Assembly (NCBI RefSeq): GCF_004010195.1
Contig: NC_057718.1
Span: 88,564,233-88,628,232, forward strand
Origin: Chiloscyllium plagiosum
Lineage: Eukaryota
Direction of reading: 5' to 3'
DNA: 64,000 nt
Shown: piece after piece, positions 25,089 through 37,509 of the stretch
Position numbering within the stretch: the stretch's first letter is position 1
Layout of the letters: each line of letters starts with the position of its first letter
Position numbers and translations under genes: made by a program
The notes under the pieces: generated by a model
Seen by the model: the letters and a program-made list of their open reading frames with translations, nothing else
Databases searched by the model: none
Told to the model about the DNA's origin: nothing

Positions 25089-25464
25089 GGGGGATCCAAG
25101 ATGGCGACGACCCAGTAAGACTGAGTCTATAGTGCTCCTCCCAAGACTTGGGCACAGTGGGTCACCTACCCCCTACCAAGCTCACCAAATCATTTATAAA
25201 TCATTTATAATAGTTTAGTAACTCAATTAGTTGTGTAATGTTACATTTAAGCAACTTTATCCTAAGTTAAAATGACTAAAGGGAAGGGAGCCCGCAGCTC
25301 TCAGCAAGCAGGAACCCCTCCCCCACACTCTCCAGCTGCAGCAGAAATTTTGGCTATTGTATATTTGAGCTAATTGTATATCAATGTTTATATCTGAGAG
25401 TTTTGTTTATTTTTGTAAACTTGTAAAAATGTTAAATTTCTAATAAAAATATCCATAAAAAAAA
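25089..25464 (+). mobile_element. Bipartite non-autonomous L1 derivative (5'UTR plus ORF1 start fused to a 3' end with polyA)
   Basis: 11-bp TSD aatcagaaagc (25078-25088, 25465-25475); 5' gggggatcCAAGATGGCG; MTKGKGAR start at ~25272; AATAAA and polyA. Confidence 0.75.
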
Positions 25465-25508
25465 AATCAGAAAGCACCGAGTTAAGAGAATTGGTTAAAA
25501 AATCCACT

Positions 25509-28500
25509 TGGCAAGATGGCGGCGATTCAGTAGAACTGCTGTGGATGGCTCTGCTGAACAGCCAAGGCATATTGGCGTTTTTTTTTGCCATCCCTGGCAA
25601 AAGAGTTATTCATTTAAAGTCTGGGGAACACATGTTCATTAATATTTGGGAGTGGGAAGGATGCCAAAGGGAAAAGGAGCGATTGAGCAAACAGCAACAG
25701 GGAGAACACTCCCAGCAGCACCAGGCATGCCAGCAACAGCGGCCTCTCCCGAACTCCTGGGGGACTTAATGGGCTCGCAGGAATTGATGGCAGCAATGGC
25801 AAGACTTACCGCGAAGGGTGAGGCTGCGATCGAGGAGATCCGTGCCCAGATCCAACCCACCGTGTCCATGCTGCAAAAGAGGGAAATGGTTGATATCGCC
25901 CTGTTGCAGGAAACTCATCTTGACGGTGGGGAACACCTGAAGTTACAACAGGGGGTTTTGACTGGGTATTCTTTTCATTTCTTACTACTAAAAGTAGGGG
26001 AGTGGCGGTGCTTCTCCAGAAAAATCTTCCATTCACATTATTACAGCAGGTGAAAAATGAGCAAGAGCGGTTTGTGATACTTAAGGCCCTGATACATGGG
26101 AAGGAAGGTGGCATTTTAAATGTCTACTGTACCCCGGTGCATCCCCTCAAAGTTTTGATTAGTGCCTTCTCTGAGTTGAGTGCCTTTGGAACAAGGAACA
26201 TTATTATGGGGGTGGAGTTTCAATTGCCCTTTAGATCCGACAGTGGACAGGATGCCTAGTTTATCTCTTCGCAGGCCAAGCAGGTGACTGACTTATGCGA
26301 GGAGTTGGGGTGGTGGACATTTGGAGATGTCTTCACCCCACCGGCAGGAACGTCACCCTTTTTTCAAACCCACATAAAGGTGACACAAGGATTGTTCTTT
26401 CTCTGGCTCCCTCCACCCTTCTGGATTTGATTATGGGTTGTAAAATTGGGAACATAGCTATTTCTGATCACACGGAGGTTAAGGCCAAGAGTGCGGGGTT
26501 AGGTTCACGGCACTGGCGGCTGGATCCTTTCCTCCTCAAGGATTCCAAATTTGTGGAATATTTTTTGAGGGGGTTTCAGGAGTTTTTGACTATCAACTCA
26601 CACACAGCTAGTAGTCTGTCTATGCTAGGGGAGACTCTAAGGCCTTTGCTAGGGGATTAGCTATTTCCTATTCGGCTAGCCGGAAACAACAGAAGGAGGA
26701 ACAGCAGCGTCTACTTGAGACGCGGTTGAAAGCCGCCGAGGCGGCTCATTTTGCACAGCATTTGGTGACTAAGCTACAGCACATCACGGTACTCCAGGCT
26801 GCCTTGAATTCAATACTGACACAAACTGTGAAGGAAGAACTTGCTTTTGCTAGACAAAGGTTTGTTCGAGTATGGAGGTAGGCCAGGGAAGTATTTAGCG
26901 CTTCTAACTGGGAAAAAGTGTTCTCCCCAATCCATTACTGCAGTTAGAGACAGCACCAGGGTCCTTACATGTGATGCAAAAAGGATTAATGAGGCTTTTC
27001 AGAGTTTTTATTCTGAATTATATTGGTCTGAAGGATGGGTGGGCCAAAATGGAAACCTTTTTTAAGAGCCTGGACCTCCTGGGGGGTAACCTTGGAACAG
27101 GCCTCTCTCGTCAATGCCACCTTGACAGTTCAGGAAATAAAGGAGGCAGCTAGGCAACTTCAAATGGGAAAATGGCTGGCCCTGATGGTCTTCTGGGTGA
27201 GTTTTATAAGGTGTTTATAGGGATTCTGTCAGGGCCGATGCTAGAAATGTACAATCACTCCTATATGCAAGAATGCCTACTACTATCTTCGAGAGGAGTT
27301 AATATTTCCCTCATTCTTAAGAAGGGGAACGTTCCTGAGGATTGTGCCTCATCTAGGCCCATCTCTCTATTAAATTCAGATTTTAAGATTCTGTCAAAGA
27401 GTTTGGCTCTGAGATTGGAGAAGGTGTGGTCCTATATTGTCAAAGTGGACCAGACAGGTTTTAAAAGGGGCCTTAAGTCCTCTAATAATATTAGAAGGTT
27501 GCTGAATATGGTCCGAGTATATTAGCAACAATCGATCCAGGGGTTGGTGATTTCCTTAAATGTAGAGAAAGCATTTGACCAAGTTGAATGGCCGTATCTC
27601 TTTTACGTCTTAGAGCAGTTTGGATTGGGTGGAGTCTTTGCTAGGTGGGTGGAGGTATCATATCACCACCCACTGGCCGCGGTCATCACCATTGGAGTGA
27701 AAATCAACTAGGATTGGTAGGGGTAGTCGGCAAGGCTGCCCCCTCTCATCGTTGTTGTTTACATTGGTGATAAAGCAGCTGGCAGAGACCATTCGTCAGA
27801 ATGTCCTCATAATCACTCCGGAAGTGGGATCGAGGGCACACAAGATTACACTGTACGCGGATGATGTCCTTCTGTTTTTATCGAACCCAATGACCTCCGT
27901 ATTCCATCTGATACAATGTATTAATTCATTTGGGGCTTGTTCAGGATATAAGATCAACTTTGCAAAGTCAGAGGCTATGCCTTTAGGGAACCTTAAGGAA
28001 ATGCCAGAGGTTGAAGGTGGCCCTAGGTTCTACCTTAAGTGGTCACAAGTGGATTTCCAGTATCTAGGTATTTTTATTTTTATTATCCCTATGTTTGATC
28101 AGTTACTTCGGACTAACTTTGTTCATCTGCTCGACAATATTAGGCAGGATCTCCAAAGATCGGAGGCTCTTCCAATTTAGTGGTTAGGCCGAATAGCCCT
28201 TATAAAGATATGCTCCCTATAATGTTTCCCAGACCAACGTTGCGGAAACTAATGGGTTGGTTTAGTTCCTTTGTCTGGCGTCGTGGGAGGCCCCTCATCA
28301 AACTTACTACATTACAGTTGCCTCAAGGAGAGGGAGGAGTTGATTTCCCAGACATCAGGAGGAATTGAGTTCCCTGCTGTCCTTTGCGTGCGATTGGGGA
28401 AGTAATGATCCAGGCTCAATATGGCTGGATATTGAGGTCTCTCAAGTAAAGTGCCCTCTTATTAACCTGCTGTTCATGGATAAGATGAGGACAGTTATGG

Positions 28501-30019
28501 ACCACTGCCAGAACTCCATTGTTATTAGTATGGTTAAGGCATGGAGACCAATGTGTCAGAGTGAGGGTTGTTTATCCAAGACTTTGCCACTCACACCCAT
28601 AGTTGGTATGCCGGGGTTCTGAGCTGGAAATGTGTTGCTGGAAAAGCGCAGCAGGTCAGGCAGCATCCAGGGAACAGGAGAATCGACGTTTCGGGCATAA
28701 GCCCTTCTTCAGGAATGGGGAAAGTTTGTCCAGCAGGCTAAGATAAAAGGTAGGGAGGAGGGACTTGGGGGAGGGGCGTCGGAAATGTGATAGGTGGAAA
28801 GAGGTCAAGGTGAGGGTTCTGACCAGGGATGATGGACTCTGGGTTCAAACTATGGGCAGTGGGAGGAGTTTCCAGTTTGGGAGAGCTGTTTGAGGGGGAG
28901 GTTATGATGCCTTTCAAGCAATTGAGCCGCAAATGCCGGCTGTCCAGTAGCGAATCTTTCCATTTTTTTCAGGTTAGGGATCTCACTAAGCCCTATAAGC
29001 CTGATACAGAGAGGTTGTTGCTATGTGCCACAAGCACCTTTTTGGTTAGTGCCCTCTATCGCCTACTGGGTGGCAGGGCCTGGCAGGATATTAATCGGTT
29101 ATGTGAGGTCTGGGAGCAAGAGCTAGGAGTGGAGATCTCTTCTGAAATGTGGGAGGACATATGAGAGAACGCGCGAAAGATCTCAATCTGTAATAGGACA
29201 TACGCTACGCAGTTAAAAGTTCATCTGGCACCGGACCATCTGGCGAAGTTTTAAAAAGGGGCATCTCCAATGTACCCCAATGTAAGATAAGTGGAAGTAC
29301 TCTTACCCATTGTTTCTGGACATGCCACAGGCTCCGTGTTTATTGGAGCGCTGTGGTGGGACAGATAGGGAGGATATTGAGAACTGAAGTCAAAGTAGAC
29401 CCGATATCTCTCCCCCGAGGTCTACCAAATTTATCACCTTTAGACGGGCGTGGGAAGAACCTATTCAATATTCTTACTTACGGTGCAGGGAAGAATATTC
29501 TGATGAATTCTTGGGTGTCTGAGAACCCACCGGGCTTGTCGGGATGGCGGAAATTAATTATGGAGCACATTCCCTTGGATTTTTTCAGAAACATGGTGCA
29601 CACACAACAGACCTTTTTTATAAGGCAGCCTTTTTTGCGTTATTTGGACACAGATTTGTCTGCTATCTTAACAAGGGCATGTGTTTAACCAGGATGGTTT
29701 GGTTTGCTGAGCCCTGAGTCCTGGAAGGGGGAACTCCTGAGTTAATACAGGTATATATACAACACTCCCATTTTTTTGTTTGGGACCTTGGTGCCGAGCA
29801 TTGTTATTTTGTTTATTTAGTCACTTACTTATTTATTGGTGTTGTTTTGTACAGCGTTTGGTTTGGTTTTGCTTTATGGGGTAGGTTAGTTGTTAGAAGA
29901 GAATAGTTGTATTGTAATTTGCGTTTTTTAAATTATACTGGTATTCGTTATATTTTCTATAACTTTATATTTTTGTAAAGTCAAAAAAAAGTTTTTTTTT
30001 GCTAATAAATATATTTAGA
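25509..30019 (+). mobile_element. L1-clade LINE with 5' end, most of ORF1 deleted, decayed ORF2 (EN, RT, Cys domain)
   Basis: TSD taaaaa(a/g)tccact 25496-25508 / 30020-30032; motifs DIALLQETHL, ISDH, WRLDPFLL, GPDG..EFYK, RPISLLNSDFKILSK, DQTGF, RQGCPLS, YADDVLL, THCFWTC. Confidence 0.92.
28620..28816 (-). mobile_element. Penelope tail nested in L1, with an intact hammerhead core (28681-28716)
   Basis: Minus strand attc-CTGAAGA-a-gggc-ttat-gccc-GAAA-cg-TC-gatt; gggttctga repeated at both junctions. Confidence 0.85.
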
Positions 30020-30249
30020 TAAAAAGTCCACTGGAGGGGTGAGGAGACATCTTGTTACCTGTGTTATGTCTGTTCCACCACCCAGAAGATTCAACAATAT
30101 CTGCCAATGAAGAGTTAGATCATATCTGAAGTGAGCCAATTGTGATTGAGGAGGGGTGTGGGATTAATTAAATAATGGCTCTTTCAAACAGATGGAACAG
30201 ATATGACATTCTTGGTGTCGTCCTTTGCTGCATGATTCTGAAATAGAGC

Positions 30250-30510
30250 ACTGGGTGGCACAGTGATTAGCACTGCTACCTCACAGCACCAGGGACTCAG
30301 GTTCAATTCCCACTTCGGGTGACTGTGTGGAGTTTGCACATCCTCCTGTGTCTGTGTGGGTTTCCTCCCACAATCCAAAAGTGTGCAGGCCAGGTGAATT
30401 GGCCATGCTAAATTGCCCATAGTGCTGGGTGCATTAGTCAGGGGTAAATGTAGGGTAGGGTAGGGGAATGAGTCTGGGTGGGTCCCTCTTTGGAGGTTTG
30501 GTATGGATTT
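30250..30510 (+). mobile_element. HE1-like SINE
   Basis: Same head and V-domain as 12407-12750. Confidence 0.85.
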
Positions 30511-30644
30511 GCTCCCTTTTCTTGACGTACAAGTTGAGAAGTCCATGAATAGGTTCTTTATTACTGACTATCACAAATATACACATTGGGATTCCTCATG
30601 CTCTATGTTTCAAACGTTTTTGTACATGACCCCAGAATTAGTGT

Positions 30645-31568
30645 TATAGTAGACACTGAAGAAAGTTATCTAAGATTACAAATGATATGAAGGTGCTGAA
30701 TGGTTTTTAATGTATGATTTTAAGATTACAAAGAAATGTTGATCAATTAGACCAATAGGCCGAGGAGTGGTGGGTGAAGTTTAAGTTAGATAAATGCAAG
30801 GTGTTAGATTTTGGGACGACGAGCAAGGCCAGGTCTTACGTAGTTGATGGTAGGGCCCTTGGGAGTGTTATCGAACAGACAGACCTAAGGGTTCAGGTAC
30901 ATAGTTCTTTGCAAGTGGAGTCACAGGTAGATGGGGTGGTAAAGAAGGTGTTTGGCACACTTGCCTTCGTTGCTCAGGCCTTTTGGAGATAAAGGCTGGG
31001 ATGTCATGTTGTGGTTGTACACGATGTTCGTGAGGCCACTTTTGGAGTAAATGTGTAGGGGCACTGGCCGCCCTGCTATGGGAAGGTAATTATTAAATTA
31101 GAGAGGATGTAGAAAAGATTTACCAGGATTTTACCGGGACTGGAGGGTTTGACTTATAGGGAGAGGCTGGAACAGGCTGGATACTTTTTCACTGGAGCAT
31201 AGGAGGTTGAGGGGTGATCTTATAGAGGTTTATAAAAGTTTGAGGAGCATAGATAAGGTGAATAGCAAAGGCCTTTTCCTGAGGGTCGGGGAGTTCAAAA
31301 CTACAGGTCATAGGTTTAAGGTGAGAGGGGAAGGGTTTAGAAGGAACCTGAGGGCCTTTTTTTTCACACTGATGGTTTGAACTACTAGAGGAATTGGTCG
31401 ATGCAGGTGCAGTTACAACATTTAAAAGATGTTTAGACAGGTACATGAATAGGAAAGGTTTTAGAGGGATATGGGCTAAATACAGGCAAAGGGGATATTT
31501 AGGTTGGGAAACCTGGTGAGTGTGGATATGTTAGATGAAGGGGCTGTCTCCGCCCTGTATGACTCTAT
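30645..31568 (+). mobile_element. CR1 LINE 3' part
   Basis: KFKLDKCKVLDFG..EQTDLRVQVH; GDLIEVYK; tgactcta tail. Confidence 0.85.
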
Positions 31569-31569
31569 T

Positions 31570-31925
31570 ATCAGAAAATATGTAAATAGGGCACAAACCA
31601 TTCGCTCACCTTGCATGTCTGCTGCAGAAATAGAGCCCATTAAAGCTATACTACAGGACCATTCCTATCCTCCAGACATCGTTGCTCACTCTGTATCCAG
31701 CAAATTCACAAGTTGGTCAAAGTCTGCTGCATTCATCCCTGAAAAATACCAGATCTATCTCAAATTACCCTGGAAAGACAAAATATCATAAACATTTGAA
31801 CAGCAGGTTAAGTAAACAATTTAAATCTGCTACTATGCAATGGTAACACAAGTAACATTTTCCACTATTAGGATGCTGCTATCAGTCCAAAAAGACATTC
31901 CGTCCACCACAAAACTGAGCAACGT
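31570..31925 (+). mobile_element. Old Penelope RT C-terminal fragment
   Basis: NRAQTI.S....AEI..IKAILQDHSYP..IV...YLKLPW is typical of the Penelope thumb/linker region. Confidence 0.6.
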
Positions 31926-32049
31926 TGTTCTGATCCCAACGACTGGAAAAATCAGACCCCAGAATGAAACATGGCTTAATAGATCATGTTTTTGTTTAGT
32001 TTGTTAGCCAAAAGAAAGACAACAAACCAAAAGCTGCATGCATATATGC

Positions 32050-32985
32050 ACAGTGGTTCAGTGGTTAGCAGTGCTGCCTCACAGCACCAGGACCTGGGTT
32101 CAGTTCTAGCCTCAGGTGACTGACTGTGTGGAATTTGCACATTCTCCCTGTATCTGCATGGTTTTGCTCTGGTTTCCTCCCACAGTCCAAAGATGGGTCC
32201 ACTACATTTTGTCACTTATATAAATGATTTGGATGTGAGCACAAGAGGTGGAGTTAGTGAGTTTGCAGATGACACCAAAATTACAGGTGTAGTGGACAGC
32301 AAAGAAGGTTACCTCTGATCACAATGGGATCTTGATCACATGGGCCAATGGGCTGAGAGGTGGCAGATGGAGTTTAATTCAGATAAATGTGAAGGATTCA
32401 GAAAAGATTTACAAGGATGTTGCTAGGTTTGGAGGATTTGAGCTATATGGAGAGATTGAATAGGCTGGGGCTGTTTTCCCTGGAGTTTTGGAGGCTGAGG
32501 GGTGACTTTATAGAGGTTTATAAAATCATGAGGGGCATGGATAGGATAAATAGACAAAGTCTTTTCCCTGGGGTGGGGGAGTCCAAAACTAGAGGGCATA
32601 GGTTTAGGGTGAGAGGGGAAAGATATAAAAGAGATCGAAGGGGCAACTTTTTCACACAGAGGGTGGTACATATATGGAATGAGCTGCAAGAGGAAATGGT
32701 GGAGAATGGTACAATTGCAAGATTTAAGAGGCATTTGGATGGGTACATGAATAGGAAGGGTTTGGAGGGATATGGGGCGGGTGTTAGCAGGTGGGACTAG
32801 ATTGGGTTGGGATATCTGGACAAGTTGACCAAGGTTTTGTTCTGTGCTGTACATCTCTATGATTCTATGACTCTATGTATAGGTTAGGTGGATTAGCCCT
32901 GGGGAAAGCAGAAGTAGGGGATGCAATTCTCTTTGGAGGGTTGGTGTGGATTTGATGGGTTGAACTGCAGGGATTCTATGATGCA
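32050..32985 (+). mobile_element. HE1-like SINE split by an internally deleted CR1 (32195-32877)
   Basis: SINE stops at ccaaagatg and resumes at tgtataggttaggtgg; the insert has FADDTK and the CR1 C-terminus (ORF 32417-32800). Confidence 0.8.
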
Positions 32986-33067
32986 TGTCAGAATGTTCTT
33001 CATACAAAGTCTCAACTTGTTTCCCAATTTTATACATTACAGAGACTTAAATCCAGAGAAATTAATA

Positions 33068-33665
33068 TAAGTTTGTAAGTTAGCTCGCTGAGCTTGAAGG
33101 TTTGTTTTCAGATGTTTTGTCACCATACTAGGTAACATCATCAGTCAGAGTCTCTGGTGAAACACTGGTTTACAGTTCTTGCATGATATCTTGTAAACTG
33201 TAAAAAACACTACGTCGGACAAACTCGCAGGTAACTTGTCACCAGGACACATGAAAACTAACAGTCCACCAAAAGACATGACCCGCTATTGCTAGTTTCC
33301 ATGCATACAAACAAAGGACATCATTTTGACTGGGACAACACACACATCCTAGGACAGGCGAAACAAAGACACATATGAGAATTCTTAGAGGCATGGCAGT
33401 CTAACCAGAGCTCCATCAATAAACACATTGATTTAGATCCTACCCACCTCCCCTTGAAAAAAGGAACCGGAAATGACATCACCCACCTTAAGAAACCAAG
33501 ACCTATAAATAGAGAGGTGGGACATACCACTAGCACTCCACTGGAGAGTCACTGATGATGTTACCTAGTATGATGACGAAATGTCTGAAAACAAACCTTC
33601 AAGCTCAGCGAGCTAACTCACATACTTATCATCAACCTGAGCTGCAATCTTCTCAAAAATCATTA
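33068..33665 (+). mobile_element. Penelope (second family) GIY-YIG fragment between inverted tails with hammerhead motifs
   Basis: C.C.K.YVGQT.R.L..R..E...HHFDWDNTHILG..EFLEAW; inverted repeats ~33068-33145 / ~33548-33628; tca-CTGATGA-t-gttacc-tagtat-gatgac-GAAA-tg-TC-tga at 33549-33588. Confidence 0.85.
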
Positions 33666-33819
33666 CTCTAATATCTCAACTTTTCAAATTTCTACTTAAC
33701 TGACTCCTTCCAGTTTCTCATTGTTGAAGTTCTGAGTTTATTTCACAATTCTTCTCTAAATCAGATGGCATAACCCTTTCACAAAACTGATGTACTAAAC
33801 AGTTTCAATTCCAACAACC

Positions 33820-34495
33820 TGCTACAGGAAGGATGTTGTTAAACTTGAATTGGTTCAGAAAAGATTTACAAAGATATTACCAGGGTGGGAGGGTTTGAGC
33901 TGTAGAGAGAGGCTGTCTTCCCTGGAGCATCACAAACCGAGGGTGACTTTACAGAGATTATAAAATCATGAGGGACGTGAATAGGAGTGAATAGCCAAGG
34001 TGTTTTTCCCAGCATAGAAGAGTCCAAAACAAGAGGGCATTTGTTTAAGGTGAGAGGGAAAAGATTTAAAAGGGACCTAAGAGGCAGCTTTTTCACTCAG
34101 AGGGTGGTGTGTGTATGGAATGAGCTGTCAGTGGAAATCATAGAGTCATAAAGTCTTGCAGCACGGAAACAGACCCTTTGGTCCAAACAGTCCATGCCAA
34201 ACATAATTCCAAAACTAAACTAGTCCCATTTGCCTACTCTTGGTCTGTATCCCTCCATACCTTTCTAAGAATATAATTGTACCACATTCACCACTTCCTC
34301 AGGAAATTCATTCAGTGGAGGCTGATACAACACTTAAAAGGCATCTAGATGGGTACATGAATAGGAAGGGTTTAGAGGAATATTAAGGCCAGATGTTGGC
34401 AAATTAGACTAGATTAATTTAAGATATCTGGTTGGCATAGATGAGTTGGACCGAAGGGTCTATTTCTGTGCTTTCCAACTCTATGACTCTATAAC
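33820..34495 (+). mobile_element. CR1 3' end with a nested reverse CR1 tail (~34138-34312)
   Basis: CR1 motifs; the nested piece is flanked by a tcagtgga repeat. Confidence 0.75.
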
Positions 34496-34861
34496 CTAAA
34501 GATTTCTGTCCCAATTTCTCCTGCTAGGAATCTTCACAAGTTTGAAAAAAAACACGGTTGCTGCGGTGACTGATTTCCTGCTGAGAGGAAAAAACTTCTG
34601 TCTGAACTCAACTCTTAGTCCTTCTAAACTAAAACATCTGTTGTGCTTTGAACTGAATTAAAAACAAACTGATGTCTGAATGTGCTTATACTACTTGTGA
34701 TCAACCCCAAAGAATAAACATCTTACTCCAGTAGTACTACAAGGTTCACCCAAGCCCTTGATTTCGGCCACGTCTTCTAGGAAGCCTGATGAAATGCCAG
34801 GCACCTTGACCAAACACCCAATGAATAGCTGATTGAGTCAAATACTGTGTTGTTTTGGTTA

Positions 34862-35080
34862 CAGTCAGTTCTTCTATAACGCAATGGTTGCCTTCTTGTG
34901 CAACCTTACGTTACAGAAAAATCGTGCTTTAGAAACAGCACGTAAGGTGTTGGCGATGTCATCGCGTTACAGCCAACACGTGTTTTCAAAGTTCACGTTT
35001 TAGAAACAGTGTCCCCGATTCTTCAGTCACGTTACAGCAAATTCGCGTTGACCAAATGTGTGTTATAGCAAAACGACTTG
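34862..35080. mobile_element. pogo/Tigger-like MITE
   Basis: TA-CAGTCAGTTCTTCTATAAC...GTTATAGCAAAACGACTTG-TA: terminal inverted repeats and TA TSD. Confidence 0.75.
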
Positions 35081-35489
35081 TACTTGTAATGGATGGAATA
35101 CAGGCCATACTAAACCAGTCCAGATCGGAACAACTACTGTATGATGTGATTCTGTGATTGTGCAACATTTGCTGAACAATCTTAAATGCATTAATAGCTA
35201 CACTAACAACCAATTTAAGATAATTAATCAGTCAATTACCAGTGTTCCATTTATGATTGCTGGAAGTGAGGTATGTTAATATGCAAGGGCCTATCCCCTG
35301 CAAACAAAAGGAATGTATTCCAACCTGTACCTTAGTTAAATTAACCAGAGGTTTGGGAAGTCTGTAACTCCTGCTCTTTCTTCCATGAAAATGCTTCAGT
35401 CAATCAGAGTTGACCTGCCAACCAATCAGCATTGCTTTTCTCCTGTAGTATAAATTGTTGTGGCTGTTTGAAATTTGGTATTATAAACA

Positions 35490-36770
35490 AACAAGGAACA
35501 AGACTAGGCCACTTGGCCATTTGAGTCTGTTCTGTCATTCAATAAGATTATGGATGATCTAATTTTAACCTCAACTCTACATTCCTGCATATCCCCAAAA
35601 ATGTTTCATCCATTTGATAATCGAGAATCTACCTTAAAAGTATTTAAATATTCTGCATCCACTGTTTTTTTGAGGAAGGGAATTCCATAGACTCAACCTT
35701 CTGAGAGAAAAATATATTTCCTATCTGTTTTAAATGGGCACTAGCTCATTTTATAAACTTTGACCCCTAGTTCTAGATTCTTCCACAAGAGGAAACACGA
35801 TTTCAACATCCACCCAGTAAAGTCTCCTCAGGATCTTATATGTTTCAATTAATTCACCTCTAACTCCTCTACACTCTAGAGGATGCAGGCAAGCCTTTAC
35901 TCATAAGGTAATCAGATCAGTCCTGGTATTAGTCTAATAAACTTCTCTGAACTGCTTCCACTAAATTAACATCCTTCTGGAGGCATGGTGACCAGTACTG
36001 TACACAGTACTTCAGAGGAGGTCTCACTAATGCCCTGTATAACGGAACCAAATTCTCCCTACTCTTGTATTTAGTTTCCTTACAATGGACCATAGCATTC
36101 TATTAACAATTCTGATTATTTGCTGTATTAAGGTACCCAGGTCTCTCTGTATCCTCTCACCATTTAGATAATATGTTTTTTTAATTCTTTCATGCTCTTC
36201 CACAATGTACTTTATTTGTCAGAGCTTTTCCCACTCATTTAACCTATCTATATTCCTTCGTAGGCTCCATATGTCCTCTCCATAACTCACTTTGCTACCT
36301 GTCATTGTATCATTAGCAAATAGCTATCATACCTTCAGTCCCTTCAGCCAAATCATTTATATAAATTGTAAAGAGTTGAAGCCTCAGCACTGACCCCTGT
36401 GGCACACAACTTGTGACATCCTGCCAGCCTGAAAACAACAAACTCGTTCCTACAATGCGCTTCCTGTTAACCAGCCAATCTTCTATCCATTCCAGCATGT
36501 TACCCTTTACATCATGAGCTTCTACTTACTGCAACAACCTTTCATGTAGCACCTTATCAAATGCCTTCTGGAAATACGAATATGATACATCCATTGGTTC
36601 CCTTTTATCTACAGCACAAGTTACTTCTTTAAAGAACTCCAAAAAATTAGTCGAACATGATTTCCCTTTGACAAAATATGTTGGCTCTACCTGATTCCCT
36701 TGAATTTATTCAAGGGCCCTGTATAAACTCTTTATCAGTAATCTCTAACATTTTCCCTTTGACAGATATC
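35490..36770 (-). mobile_element. CR1 LINE, decayed
   Basis: Minus ORF WIEDWL.NRK..VG...SGWQDVTS.VPQGSVL...LFTIYINDL. Confidence 0.85.
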
Positions 36771-36847
36771 AGCATTTTAGCACTTATTCTGAGAAGTGGA
36801 AGATAGGAGACTTGACAACATGTTTCTCTTTTCTGCAACGTTCAAAG

Positions 36848-37060
36848 GAAAATTTACAAGTCTGTCACAATCGTGTAATTAGAATGTTATATATTTTGGG
36901 AAGAAAGATCATCAATGGTGTAATAACTAGCACAGAATCTCACAAAATGGCTCCGAGAAGTGACATGACCACTGTTATCACTGGTATTTGGACCAAACTG
37001 TACTTATCTGACAAAGAAATCAGAAGAAACCTTTCTCAAATTGAAGGAAAATTTCTAAAG
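36848..37060 (+). CDS. Candidate host exon, 71 codons, unidentified product
   Basis: Pyrimidine tract plus AG (tttctcttttctgcaacgttcaaag), open frame ENLQVCHNR...IEGKFLK, donor AAG/gtaaac; no repeat similarity recognised. Confidence 0.35.
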
Positions 37061-37509
37061 GTAAACAGAAACAATTTGACAATGGTTCCCTTGGAATACT
37101 GAATAGTTCATTATATCTCACTGCAATCTGACAATGGGAACAGCACAAACTAAATGCTGAGACAGTTCAAAATTGATTACCTTGGCAAAAAGAGACTAGT
37201 TGGATCTGTTACCTCACATGGAAACACGATGTGACAGTTTTGGGACAACAACCATCGTAAGTTTTTTAAAATTTATGTAAGACAAGCTGTGGGAGAACAT
37301 TTTGCTTAGAATTCCCAAGAGGATTCAGAGAGACAGCATCAAAGAATAAGGGTTCCCAAAATGGAGATGGACAGAAGTATACTAACTAAAAGACTGTCAT
37401 ACTTCATGAGGCCACTAATGGTCTCAACCTACAATGCCATAAAAGTTAAACAAAGGGGTCTTTTCATGCACTCCCAAAACCTGCTCTGCTCAGTCCACTT
37501 GTGGAAGCA

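Noticed and set aside
31926..34741. A further solo LTR (TGT..ACA, flanks acgt/aggt) split by many inserts
   Set aside because: Too fragmented, and there is no second copy in the window to confirm it.
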